Shown piece after piece: positions 1 through 12,029 of a stretch of DNA of 64,000 nucleotides (the first letter of the stretch is position 1; each line of letters starts with the position of its first letter). Source of the DNA: Octopus vulgaris (taxonomy: Eukaryota); the NCBI GenBank assembly GCA_951406725.2, contig OX597814.1, forward strand, positions 209,374,001-209,438,000, in the 5' to 3' direction. The translations under genes and the position numbers were made by a program. Under the pieces are notes generated by a model. The model saw only the letters and a program-made list of their open reading frames with translations, was not told the origin of the DNA and did no database searches.

Positions 1-671
1 AACTGGTCTAAAAGGGCCAGAGCCCCACCTAAACCAGGTCTTCTATTTGCTCTATATATAGTATAGCCTATAAAGCGAAGATTGCCGTGGATGGTCCTGC
101 CTGGAACGGCGCATGTCTGCGATTGCCCGACAAGTCCATCGACGACCCGCGTCAACCTTTTCGCTAATACTTTGGCCAAAATCTTCAACTCTACATTTAG
201 TAGAGAGATGGGCCTAAAATTATCTAACATTTCCCCCTTGCTTGGGTCGTTTCTAACCAACACTACCACGCTCCGGCTCACAGAACTGGGTATACGACTA
301 TTCTGCTGTCAGTAGGTGAAAATGCTCGCTATCAGGTGCCCAAACAAGCCTGGCATCGTTGTGTACAACTTGTAGTATAGACCATCTCTTCCCAGCGATT
401 TTTCATTTCTACAGTCGACCAAGACGTCCTCCACCTCTGCGGCTGAGATCGGCCCTTCACAACGCTCCGCTTTCCTCCCCGAGAATCGCGGCACACCGGT
501 GAGGAAGTCCGAAAGGTTCCTCCTACGATCCAGTGTGCCGCTTCCACCAAAGAGCTGGGCGAAGTGCTGGTGAAGAACCTCAAACATTTCATTGGGTTCG
601 TCCACCAACCGCTCGTGTTGATCCGTCAAAGACCCAATTGTGGCAGCATTGTCACGCTGAGTCTCTACCAC
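1..671 (-). mobile_element. Tx1/L1-clade LINE ORF2 fragment (RT N-terminal part), degenerate, runs off window start
   Basis: Minus-strand translation reads ...KSLGRDGLYYKLY...FGHLIASIFTY*...VVVLVRNDPSKGEMLDNFRPISLLNVELKILAKVLAKRL...QTCAVPGRTIHGN, the early RT motifs of L1/Tx1. It has stops, and no endonuclease domain is visible between it and ORF1. Confidence 0.85.
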
Positions 672-2280
672 AGAGGCCCATCCGGTGACGTTGATTCATT
701 CAGTGTAAAATACTGAGATTTCTTCATCAAATAGATCTGCGCAACGCGCGCAAGTTTTTGTTGATGAGGGTTGGGGTGTAGAGTGGGACGTTGCGCGCGG
801 GGTGGATGATATGGATTGCGTCGAAGAGCCAGGGTTTCTTCCGGCAAGGGATGGGGTGTGGGAAAGGGGAGTTTTTGGGGGAGGGACAAGGGGTGGACGA
901 TGGAGTGGCGTGTGGTATCTCGGTAGGGTGGGTTTTATCCGATGTGCAATTGGGTAAATCTTTTTCCCTTTTTTAGAAGAGATTTCTGTCCACTGCATTT
1001 TTTCTGGGACGCCAGTTCCTTCCGTTGCTGCTGTTTCTGCTACTGCAGCTGCTGCTGATGTCTTCGCTACTGCTAACTGCTTGTTAGCTGTTACTACTGA
1101 TAACTGATGCTGATGTTTTGGTGACGGCTAATGCCGACTGCTTGCTAGCTGCTGTTTTGGTTGCGGTCGCCATCGAAGTCTTGCTTACTACTATGTCTGT
1201 TGTTGAAGGTTTGCTTACCGCTGCTGCTGTTGGTTTGGTTGTAGCTGTGGCTGCGGTAGGAAGAGGTTAGTTGTAGGAAGTTGGCAGAAAGCCCTAATGT
1301 GGCCTTTACGGCCACATTTAAAACAACTCGGTTTCCTTCCTTCCAGCATCACCTTCATGCTAACCCCTTCGTTGATTATAATCTGATTTGGAATCTCTTT
1401 GAGTCTTCTGGTTTAGCATGAATCAATACTTCAAGAGGTTTTCCTTTCCAGTTCTGAGTAGGGAACTTCTTTGCCTGTAAAATGTTAATTTTTTCCTCTT
1501 GCATGAAGATGAAGGCCGCTATCACCCAATTTACATTTACCTCTGGTGGAATTTCTTCCACTCTCACTTTCGATATCTGTTTTCCAGATAGGTGAGGAGG
1601 AGAGCAATTTGTGATGACTTTAACGGCTCTGTTGAGGGCTTTTTAGCAATTTCTTCGCTGGGAAACTGTACCTGCACGGTAGCATACTTTTTGCCTTCAA
1701 CGACGTCTGACGTTTTTCTTTATATCGGCTGTAAACATTACACAACTTCCATTTTAGATGCCGACATAATTCATTTTTCCTTTACGTTAAAAATTTCATA
1801 AATAATGGTTCTCTGCTTAGCTGTGTGTAAAACATCGGTAGGCAGAGTTAGAACGACATTATTCCCGGCTTTCTTGCAGAGGCTTTGATACTTTACTAAT
1901 CCAGAACTATCTACGTCAACTGCCTTGGAACTAGCTGCTGTAACTTGGGCGAAATTAATAGTTTTTTTGTTCCTCCGCTTTCTCATTTTTTGAATTAACA
2001 AGCAGCGCTGGGAACTCTTCACTTGAAAATTCAGAATCGTTCGACGGTTCTGACACGTCCGTCATTATATCTAACAATATTTGTTCCATAATAAAAAAAT
2101 TTTAAACAATATATATTTTAAAAATAATCATTTTCGCCCCTTAAAAGTGGGGACACACACAATTATTCACTCCTAAATAGGGAAAATATAACAGCAAAGA
2201 TTCAACAAGTTCAACAATAATAATTCTAATAGCAAAATAAACTTACTTTAAATCACAGCGAAGTGAACAGGACGACGCCC
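672..2280 (-). mobile_element. Tx1/L1-clade LINE 5' UTR + ORF1 (gag-like, CCHC knuckle), degenerate
   Basis: Start MTDVSEPSNDSEFSSEEFPALL at ~2067. Motifs KYATVQVQFPSEEIAK and KVRVEEIPPEV, zinc knuckle CFKCGRKGHIRAFC at ~1285-1327, then an Ala/Thr/Ser-rich low-complexity tract. Same strand as and upstream of the RT fragment. Confidence 0.75.
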
Positions 2281-2282
2281 CA

Positions 2283-2529
2283 AAAAAGTGAATGTCTATG
2301 TGTTGAAAAAAATCATGAATTTACTTGGAACTGAATGTATGGAGGAATTTAGTTTATGAGATACACCCATAATGTAAACGGAACAGGCAAACGATCGAAC
2401 GAGACAAACAATGAAAGAAACTTACCCAAAAGTTTTTTCGGAAGGTTTGAGCTGTTGCACAAAGACAAAAGCTAGGATTGTTATCAGAGAAAATTCAACA
2501 CTTATTTTCAGGCCCAAACGGATCGTGTC

Positions 2530-2530
<1 letters not shown>
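2283..2530 (+). mobile_element. Ty3/Gypsy pol fragment (protease-RT linker)
   Basis: Translates KVNVYVLKKIMNLLGTECMEEFSL*DTPI...MKETYPKVFSEGLSCCTKTKARIVIRENSTLIFRPKRIV. This matches the Gypsy pattern NLxGxDW...VFSxGLGxCTK...PVFRPKRxVP. Confidence 0.7.
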
Positions 2531-2899
<369 letters not shown>

Positions 2900-3188
2900 A
2901 TTTCCTGATGCAGTACCAGGCAATGGCTAGCATTGCTTCTGATCTCAACTGATTGGAAGTGTTATCATGTACATTGTTTTGCCTTGCTATAAAAGATGGG
3001 CTACAGCAAATATTCAGCTCAATACCACAGATTTGCTTGTCAGTTGCTTGACCTCAACCAGTTGAGCATGTCCCTTAGTGGCTGACGATATGTTGTACCC
3101 TTATCAGACCGGTAGTCCTGATGGGTATACTGGGCTTCGTATATTTTACCCTGGTGTCACTTTGATGGCATGCACTGCTCTCTCACTC
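2900..3188 (+). mobile_element. Non-coding interspersed element embedded in (TAA)n (internally deleted copy)
   Basis: Closely matches 14610-14800 and 15095-15146. Its 3' end GCACTGCTCTCTCACTC+(AAT)n is identical to that of 8087-8172. Flanked by (TAA)n on both sides. Confidence 0.85.
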
Positions 3189-3251
<63 letters not shown>

Positions 3252-3261
3252 TAATAATTTC

Positions 3262-3550
3262 ATTTTTGTATTTGATTTCTAAGATTCTATATGTGAATTC
3301 GTGTGTCGAAGCGTATGTTATTGCGTTTGGGGAGAGTCATACTGTTTTAGTGCCTTATTAATTAACACTCTCACCGGTTCGGTTTTCACTCATTTGTTTA
3401 TTTCTAAAATTTTCGTTTCTTCTTGCAACCTCTTTAATAGTTAACGAGAGGTTTAGAAGAAAATAAGTAAGTAAATGAGTGGAAATCGAACCGGTGAGTG
3501 TGTTAATTGATAAGACATTAAAAGGGAAATTTTCTCCCCAGACACAATAT
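3262..3550. mobile_element. Foldback/MITE-like palindromic element
   Basis: ~3320-3417 is an imperfect reverse complement of ~3443-3548 (TAATTAACAC-CTCACCGGTTCG-TTT-CACTCATTT versus AAATGAGTGGAAATCGAACCGGTGAGTGTGTTAATT). The left part resembles 15215-15300. Confidence 0.75.
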
Positions 3551-3562
3551 AATAATAATAAT

Positions 3563-3771
3563 ATTTTCTACTATACGTACAAGACCAGTAGTATTTGGAG
3601 AAGAGAGGAAGTCGATTACATTGACCTGAATTCTTGATTGATACTTTATTTTATCGACCTCGGAAAAATGAAAGTCAACGTTAAACTTCGCGGGATCTGA
3701 ACTCAGAACGTAAGGAGCTGGAAGTAATCCTCCTAAGTCCGATGCTCTTACGATTCTACCAGCTAGCCACG
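3563..3771 (-). mobile_element. SINE family B, degenerate
   Basis: Similar to 15366-15600 (TTTATCGACC...TGAAAG-CAA...TGAACTCAGAACGTAA...CCAGCT-GCC). Confidence 0.7.
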
Positions 3772-3772
3772 T

Positions 3773-3790
3773 TAATAATAATGATGATGA

Positions 3791-3865
<75 letters not shown>

Positions 3866-3913
3866 TGATGATGATAATAATATTCATAATAATAATAATA
3901 ATAATAATAATAA
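3773..3913. repeat. (AAT/GAT)n microsatellite
   Basis: Directly visible. Confidence 0.97.
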
Positions 3914-4530
3914 GTCGGCATTACAATATCAAAACTGCCGACAAGTGGTATAATCACCACCCTGAAGCTCTAACTGAAGGAGAAAATGTAACGATTCTGT
4001 GGGACTTTCCAGTACATACAGACCGAACCATCAAATCCAATAAACCGGATATTGTTGTGGAAGACCAAAACAATAAAGTTTGCTTATTGATCGACATGAG
4101 CATCCCCTGTGATCATAATATCTCGGCGAAAGAGTTTGGCAAGCTCAGAAAACATAAAGACCTGCTCATTGAAATTGAGAAAATGTGGCATCTCAAGGCG
4201 GTTACAATACCAATGATCGTAGGAGCACTAGGAATGATCAAGAAGGGAACCGAAAATTATATGAGAATGATCCCTGGCTTACCATCCCTGCAAGAAGTGC
4301 AAAAGATTGTCTTAACTGGTACATCACACGTATTGAGAAGAGCATTGTCGATGTGAGAACTATTACTACCATGTATTTTAATTTAACTTTATTTCTATTA
4401 AAAAAAATGAACGAACTAGTGAGTTTAGTTTAATGGCCTACCAATGTATACTATGAGTTTCTTTGCCCTAGGAGTCGGGAAGACACTCGGCAAGAAATGG
4501 AAGCAAATTTGAAAGAAGAAGAAAAAAAGA
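3914..4530 (+). mobile_element. 5'-truncated R4/Dong-type LINE (RLE domain + 3' UTR) inserted in (TAA)n
   Basis: Open frame KWYNHHPE...ILWDFPVHTDRTIKSNKPDIVV...LLIDMSIP...EIEKMWHLKAVTIPMIVGALG (PD..D RLE motif) to a stop at 4356. The 3' UTR is homologous to 14490-14580. (TAA)n on both sides. Confidence 0.92.
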
Positions 4531-4609
4531 TAATAATAATAACAATAATAATAACAATAATAATAATAATAATAATAATCATAATAATAATAATAATAAC
4601 AACAGTCCA

Positions 4610-4798
4610 TTTTACTATATGCACAGGGTTTGAAATTTGGTGGGAAGTGTCTCGTCGATTGCATAGACCCCAGTGCTTGACTAGTACTTAATTTATTGGA
4701 CCCGAAAGGATGAGAGGCAAATTCGACATCGGCGGAATTTGAAATCAGAGTGTAAAGCCGGACGAAATGCCGAGAACAACGCAACCAGCTTGTCGCCT
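4610..4798 (-). mobile_element. SINE family B copy
   Basis: GACCCCAGTG...GTACTTAATTTATT-GACCCGAAAGGATGA...GGCGGAATTTGAA...GCCAGCTTGTCGCCTT matches 15366-15600. A further fragment lies at ~5000-5125. Confidence 0.75.
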
Positions 4799-4998
4799 TA
4801 CTACTACTACTACTAATAATAATACTAATAATACTACTACTACTAGTAATAATAATAATAATAATAATAATAATGGCGATAATAATGATGATGATGATGG
4901 TGATGATGAAGATGCAGCTGCTGCTTGTGATGATGATGATGATGATGATGATGACTACGATGACAACGACGACGACAACGACAACGACGACAATGATG
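4799..4998. repeat. Mixed trinucleotide tract (ACT/AAT/GAT/GAC)n
   Basis: Directly visible. Confidence 0.95.
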
Positions 4999-5332
4999 GA
5001 TTTTTTCTAACGTTTGCCACAAAGCTAACAGTTTTGATGGGAGGCGTAAGTCAATTGCATTCACCCCAGTACCTGATTGGTACTATTTTATCGACTCCGA
5101 AAGGATGAAAGACAGAATTGACAAATTCTTCTGCCAACTGGATGCATGCGCTCGCTGCTACATGAAAAAGCAAAAAAAAAAGCAAAAAGAAAAAAAGAAA
5201 AAAAGAAAAAGAAAAAAACCTTTCAAAATAAATATTTATTTACTTTATATATAAAAGTATTCTGTACTTTGACTTGTACACCACGACTAGAATTGCACAG
5301 TGAAATGTATAATTCTTTCTCATCTGAAGCTA

Positions 5333-5345
5333 GACACACACACAC

Positions 5346-5379
<34 letters not shown>

Positions 5380-5762
5380 GCATGCATGCACACACACAGA
5401 CACACACACGCACACACACACATTCACTCACACACGCACGCACACTCACACACACACACACATAGACACACACAGACACACACACGCACACACACACACA
5501 TACACACGCACACACACACTCACACACACACGTACACACACATTCACTCACACACGCACGCACACACACAAATACACAAACGCACACAAACACACACACA
5601 CAAATACACAAACGCACACAAACACACACACACACACAAACACACACGCACACACACATAGACACACGCACGCACACACACATACACACACTCACGCACA
5701 CACACACACTCACACACACACACGCGCACACACACGCACAGACACTCACACACGCACGCACA

Positions 5763-5823
<61 letters not shown>

Positions 5824-5871
5824 GCACACACACACACACGCACAGACACACACACACGCACACACACGCAC

Positions 5872-5957
<86 letters not shown>
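5333..5957. repeat. Long imperfect (CA)n microsatellite, ~625 bp
   Basis: Directly visible; it explains the His/Thr and Cys/Val ORFs. Confidence 0.99.
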
Positions 5958-5960
<3 letters not shown>

Positions 5961-6718
5961 TGAACTACTACGAGTTTAGCTAGCGGCAACGAGATAAAGA
6001 AGACGGACGAAAGGAAAGAATTTTTAACGCTGTCAGAAACTACTTTCAGACGGTGACAAATGCTTTTGCGTTGTACATCAATGTATCGATACCTTAGAGA
6101 AATATACAGACATAAAAAATTGCACTGCATTGCCGAGAATAAAATCAACCCACCCCATACCCCCCATACTAAAGGAGATAGCAACGGAGGTAATTGACTA
6201 ATCTAGAAAATGACACTCTGAAGAGTGAGTGTAAAATTTTCTGTAGCGGAATCGGAGACAGAAGAAATAGTGGAAGTGGTATTCTTATTATTACGCCAGT
6301 GAATGCTAATTTTATTTTCATGTTTGGTGACAAGTCTCCTCGAATACCAAAAATCTCCTTTAGTTTTCTTTGTGCAGAATACAGGACGCTCCGACTGGGA
6401 GGAGGTGGTCATAGCTCTTCAAGCACCCGGAAGCTTTCTTGGGAACGTTCTGCTGTTCAGTGTTGGTGGATGACTGGAATACTAGCTTGGATGCACGTCT
6501 GGATTGTGTCGGTGTAACTTACAGAAGAGGGGTTGTAAAAGCCTTCCAAACCTGTTCAGCCGTTTATAACAAGATGACAGGTGACGACTGGATATTTCGA
6601 ACGCGGCAGTGTGAATATAGACAAACTGTATCATGTCATTCAGATCATACATAAAGTATTCTGTAGACCAGCAGATAAACCACACAAACCACAGATTTAT
6701 GATCAGTACAATCAATTC

Positions 6719-7298
<580 letters not shown>

Positions 7299-7424
7299 TA
7301 ATTACTAATCTTCAGCATCATCATTATATTTCCTTTATTAACCACAAAGTCTCAAGAATAAAGGAAAATATTAAGCAACACGAAACGGTTCTTACAAAGA
7401 CACGGGTGGAACGGGTAAGTTATA

Positions 7425-7730
7425 AAGAAGCGAAATCAATGCCGCTAAGTATTTTTTCTGGTGTGCAAACGATTCTGCCGGCTCACCGCCTTAATAACAA
7501 CAATGATTCTTTCCCAATTTGGCACAAGGTCAACAATTTCGAAGGGAGGGGCCGGTCGATTCCATCGATCTTTGTACTTTACCAGTACTTTATTTCATGA
7601 CCCCGAATAGGTGAAAGGCAAAGTTGACCTTGGTGAGATTTGAACGCAAGACATAAAGACATAAAGAGTCGGAAGAAACACCGCTAAGTGTTTTGTACGA
7701 GATGATAACGACTCTGCCGGCTCACCACCC
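7425..7730 (-). mobile_element. SINE family B, two degenerate tandem pieces
   Basis: Two heads (CTGCCGGCTCACCGCC at ~7475 and CTGCCGGCTCACCACC at ~7714) and body ACCCCGAA-AGG-TGAAAGGCAAAGTTGACCT. Confidence 0.7.
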
Positions 7731-7954
7731 TAATAATAATAACAATAATATACAATAGCTCGAATAGAACTATCTTCACACACAACATACATCCTACATA
7801 TACCCTATACAGCTAGCATCTAATAATCTAAAACAGCATAACTCACCCAACATATACCACACATTATTAAGGCCCAGTAAAATAACAGGAATCATATTAT
7901 ATTCATCTCAGGAACACGGTAGTGTACCAAATCGCATGAAACTACAAATGGAAA

Positions 7955-7957
<3 letters not shown>

Positions 7958-8041
<84 letters not shown>

Positions 8042-8053
8042 ATGATGATGATG

Positions 8054-8086
<33 letters not shown>

Positions 8087-8172
8087 GTCAGACGGGTAGT
8101 CATGATGAGTATACTGGGCTTCGTATATTTTACCCTAGTGTCACTTTGATGGCATGCACTGCTCTCTCACTC

Positions 8173-8230
<58 letters not shown>

Positions 8231-8243
8231 GTAATAATAATAA
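7958..8243. repeat. (AAT/GAT)n tract interrupted by an 86-bp insertion
   Basis: Directly visible. Confidence 0.95.
8087..8172 (+). mobile_element. 5'-truncated copy of the (TAA)n-embedded non-coding element
   Basis: TCAGAC-GGTAGTC-TGATG-GTATACTGGGCTTCGTATATTTTACCCT-GTGTCACTTTGATGGCATGCACTGCTCTCTCACTC matches 3104-3188. Confidence 0.88.
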
Positions 8244-8499
8244 CCATAATACTTTTTTAATTTTGACACAAGTCCAGCAATTTTGAGAGGAAGGGTTAAG
8301 TCGATTACAACGACTCCGTACTTGATTGAATAATGTAGAAGTAATTTCCGCTCGAATAAAGAAAGTGTATGGAATTTTATTGTGCTAAAAATACAATGAT
8401 ATAATAAAGTAATAAAGAAAAGTCTAAAAATGTTGAATAGCAAAAACGTCTTCTGAAACCTTCTAAATAAAAACTTGAATTCTATTTTCTCTATTTTTT

Positions 8500-10030
8500 C
8501 TTTTCATGTGAAAGCAAAAGAGACTAGAATCTGTTTTGCCTCGGTCGCCCACATATAACAATACGAGTGAGAGAAAACTGGGTGAATAGAATAAAGACGT
8601 AGCGAGCGATACAGTATAGAAAATGCTACGTATAGCAACAAAATATCAACAAAACCAATTCCATTTGACCCAAAGCTGTAAATGACAAACGTAGTTTGAA
8701 TCTAATAGAATGAAGCAGCTATACCTAAAAACCAACTCACAAACAAAAGCAACAAACGAGCCAGTGGTCATAGAAAACAAATGTGCTCTCACGGAACGTC
8801 CAGCCTCTGACACTTCTGGCGATCAAAAGAAACAGAAAGCGATAAGAGATCGAAAGGCCAAACCAAAATGCTTCCTATGTAGGCAAATTATATTTAACTA
8901 GTGTCAGCTGGATTATGCAGTTATTCAAAAATGTGAAAAGTAAATACCCTCATGGGTGAGAAAATTTATATCAAAATTAAACTATACACCGACATGTTCT
9001 TAATTCAAGTAAAATAGCCGAAATAAAAATATAGTATATAATCCAAGATAATATCTGAAAACTTTATGCTAACGCATGCAACACATACAAAACTTGAATA
9101 CATGCATCAGAAGTCAATAAACACTAAAACTTTTCAAATTATAGAAATGGGGAGAAATATCGGCTCTAACAACATTTCGGCTATTTTTCTGCCAAGAATA
9201 ACATGAAGGACGATAGACAACAATTCAATATATAAAAAGCTTCGTTCGAAAACCAAGCTTAAACAGATCTCTAGAAACCTTAACTAATTACATGAGAGCA
9301 CTAAGGGAAATCGTAGAAAGAGAGAAGTAATACCAACTTTGAAGTAGCGAATAAATAAATTTACTCATTTACTGATATGATATCCATAGAGTACGGATAT
9401 ATTCTAGAGAGATCAGATGAAGCCTTTCACGAAAACAGAAGAAAGGAAGGACGAAAGACACAGAAAATTTATCCTTCAATAATAAGTAGAACTAACAGAG
9501 AAAATAGAAATCTCTGAGAAAGAAACAGATTAAACTATTTCTTGGAGAAATAACATCAAGAGATACGTTGAAGCCATATAAATAAGTGTGAGATTAAAAT
9601 GAAAACCCCCGGCAAAGGAACATCGCATCAAGCAATTTGAAGATGTGAGTGGTTCTTTAAAAGTAAAGTGCCTTCTGGAAGTAACTCCTGAGTATTCTCT
9701 GGGAGAATTAATTTGTCGAAAACAGACAAATGAATTACCAACGAAACTAAAATGTAAAAGTCAGAGTGTACCATAGAAGACAGAAATCTTCTACTTGTGG
9801 TAACAATAAAAGTAGCACATATTGCAATGAAGATACAATAACAGTCGAAACAAAAAAAAAAAAAACAAAAGAGGAAAAATATATCAATGGAAGAAGTAAA
9901 ATTAGCTTTAAAAAGAAAAATTTAGCCACCTGGAAACCGTGAAAATGCTAATATGTTAAACATTTATTTACTGAAATATCTTACAAGTACACAAAATACT
10001 CTTGTGAGACCTTTCAACAATTTGGAAGGC
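8500..10030 (+). mobile_element. Highly degenerate LINE 5' region, probably R4/Dong-like
   Basis: A-rich coding-like strand with remnants such as EVKLALKRK..PPG...LLKYLTSTQNTLVRPFN (compare WKxPGxD..WLKxLTS.H..L...FN before the RT). Many stops and frameshifts. Confidence 0.45.
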
Positions 10031-10149
10031 TGACAGCCAACTGCAAGCAAATGATAGAAAAGTAAGAAATGTTCCATCTCTCACATTTGAAACATTGTGG
10101 AGTGTTTAGGTGTAAGGGCAAACTCCTGATTCGAAAAGAGAATGCTAGT

Positions 10150-10700
10150 AGATAATAAACTGACTGAGGCCTGGCCTTATGCCCTTTTCGCTCCTGGAAG
10201 TATATCCTTCGTCGCTTTTCTAGTTTTGAGTACTCTCCCCTATTATATCCCTCAATCTTCTCCCTGAGTGCTGCGATTATGACACCGAGGGCTTAATTGT
10301 GACGCCATGTATATCTGTCTAGTCTTAGCTCGCATGTCTCACCGTCGCTTTCTCTTCGCATCTACATTCATCAGTTGTTTGTATGTTCCACCGGACTGAA
10401 TTCGCCGGTTAAGGTAAAACGTTGAAAGTAGACTTCATCAGGAAGGATGTGCTTGCTTGTTCTAAAACTCAGAGTTCCTTCCATGAGATTCTGCGACTGA
10501 CCACATATTCCTCTCATCTCAGGCATTATAATAATTTCCCTTCTCGGATTCACACACTTATTACAGCAATCTTTCAGCTTTTCTAAGCCCTGTAAAATAA
10601 CTCAGAAGGTCGGGTCTCCAGCCAGGCCTTTCGCGATACCTTTAAAGCCAGGAACTTTCCATCACTCCCTCTTCATGAAGAGGGGTACAGGTGAACGTGG
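10150..10700 (-). mobile_element. Hero-clade-like RLE LINE fragment
   Basis: Minus frame LEQASTSFLMKSTFNVLP*PANSVRWNIQTTDECRCEEKATVRH...LDRYTWRHN*ALGVI matches the SFLxxSxYDVLPSPxNL..W...C..C...RYTWRHNxVL pattern. Confidence 0.7.
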
Positions 10701-10774
10701 GCTGATTAGAATACAGGTGTGCATCAACAGTGAAAGAAGAAACATGGCAGAATGATTGCTATTTACAAAATAGA

Positions 10775-11146
10775 GTGCCTAATAATTGACGTGGCAGAGC
10801 CAGGAGATCAACATATCATCATGAAAGAAAGAGAAAAAGGTTGATAAATATGGAGACCTGAGAATTGAGATTGCTAAGATGAGGCAGCTACGAGAGTCAA
10901 ACATAAAGGTTATCCCTATTGTCATCGGAGCATTGGGTTCAATAGCACCTAATCTCAAATAACATCTGAGAACTTTTAGAAATACCCTACAATCTAGGTG
11001 TATTGAAAACGTCGACATTACTTAAAACTGTAAGCAATTTGCGTAAAGTACTGTCTGTGTTGTGACTTGACAAACAGTACAAACCCCCGGTAGGCACAAT
11101 ATCTTCAATAAACAACCTCACGATATTGTACACTGTGCGACGTCTG

Positions 11147-11150
<4 letters not shown>
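10775..11150 (+). mobile_element. Divergent R4/Dong-like RLE C-terminal fragment ending at (TAA)/(TGA)n
   Basis: CLIIDVAEPGDQHIIMKEREKVDKYGDLRIEIAKMRQLRESNIKVIPIVIGALGSI. Confidence 0.8.
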
Positions 11151-11273
<123 letters not shown>

Positions 11274-12029
11274 GAGAGGAGCGCCAGCCTTGACAGCGGC
11301 TGGACATGTTTCTCGCTGCTCTGACAATTCTGTAGCCGAAAGCCATAGAAACACTAATATGACCCAGTTTAGCAACGGAGAAAAATAACTCCCAAATAAC
11401 TCCCAAAGACTGGAATATCTACAATATCCTGTGAGTATTTAAAATTCTCTTCAAAATAAGTAAAGAAATTTACAAATTTACATATCTACAGTTTTCAAAC
11501 ACACAATCGATCAGCTTTAAAAACTTTAATACCTACAATTGCCTCTGTAAACATCCCTTTTTTTCCCTCTTTCTAAAAACATCACGCTTTTCTTTGTGTG
11601 CACTTACAAAAGACTATCTTTGGTGAACCTTAAAATTTTCTATGAAAATCTGACTTTTCTTTGCTTCCTCCCTGAATATTCAAATATAAATGTAAACATA
11701 TACTTTTTATTGCAAAAACACACCTTTCTTCTAACTGGACATACAAACATCTCTAGAAAAGTCCACTTCAATCTCTAAAATATTACCTTACCCGAAATAT
11801 GCAAACACTTTTTATTGCAATAACACAAAAGCACATGGAAAAAATAATGATACTAATTATAGATTCTCTCTGGTCGAACACAATTTCTCTATTCATAAAT
11901 AATACAGAACAGAGTAACTCGGCCCTTCCTTAATTTTTCTTAAGGTTAAGGTCACTGTTCGCTGCTAGTAGTAGTAGACATTTGAACTTTTTTTGACTGA
12001 TAGGACCCCATCCCACCTAAAAAAAAACT

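Noticed and set aside
5146-6184. Long His/Thr- and Cys/Val-rich ORFs (171-284 aa)
   Set aside because: Translations of the (CA)n tract; no coding evidence.
8530-8600. Possible HDV-like ribozyme at the 5' end of the degenerate LINE (GCCTCGGTCGCCC)
   Set aside because: Could not build the nested pseudoknot pairings by eye; too decayed.
10340-10445. Two minus-strand CTGATGA words as possible hammerheads
   Set aside because: No stem II/GAAA/palindrome geometry; they lie within Hero-like coding sequence.
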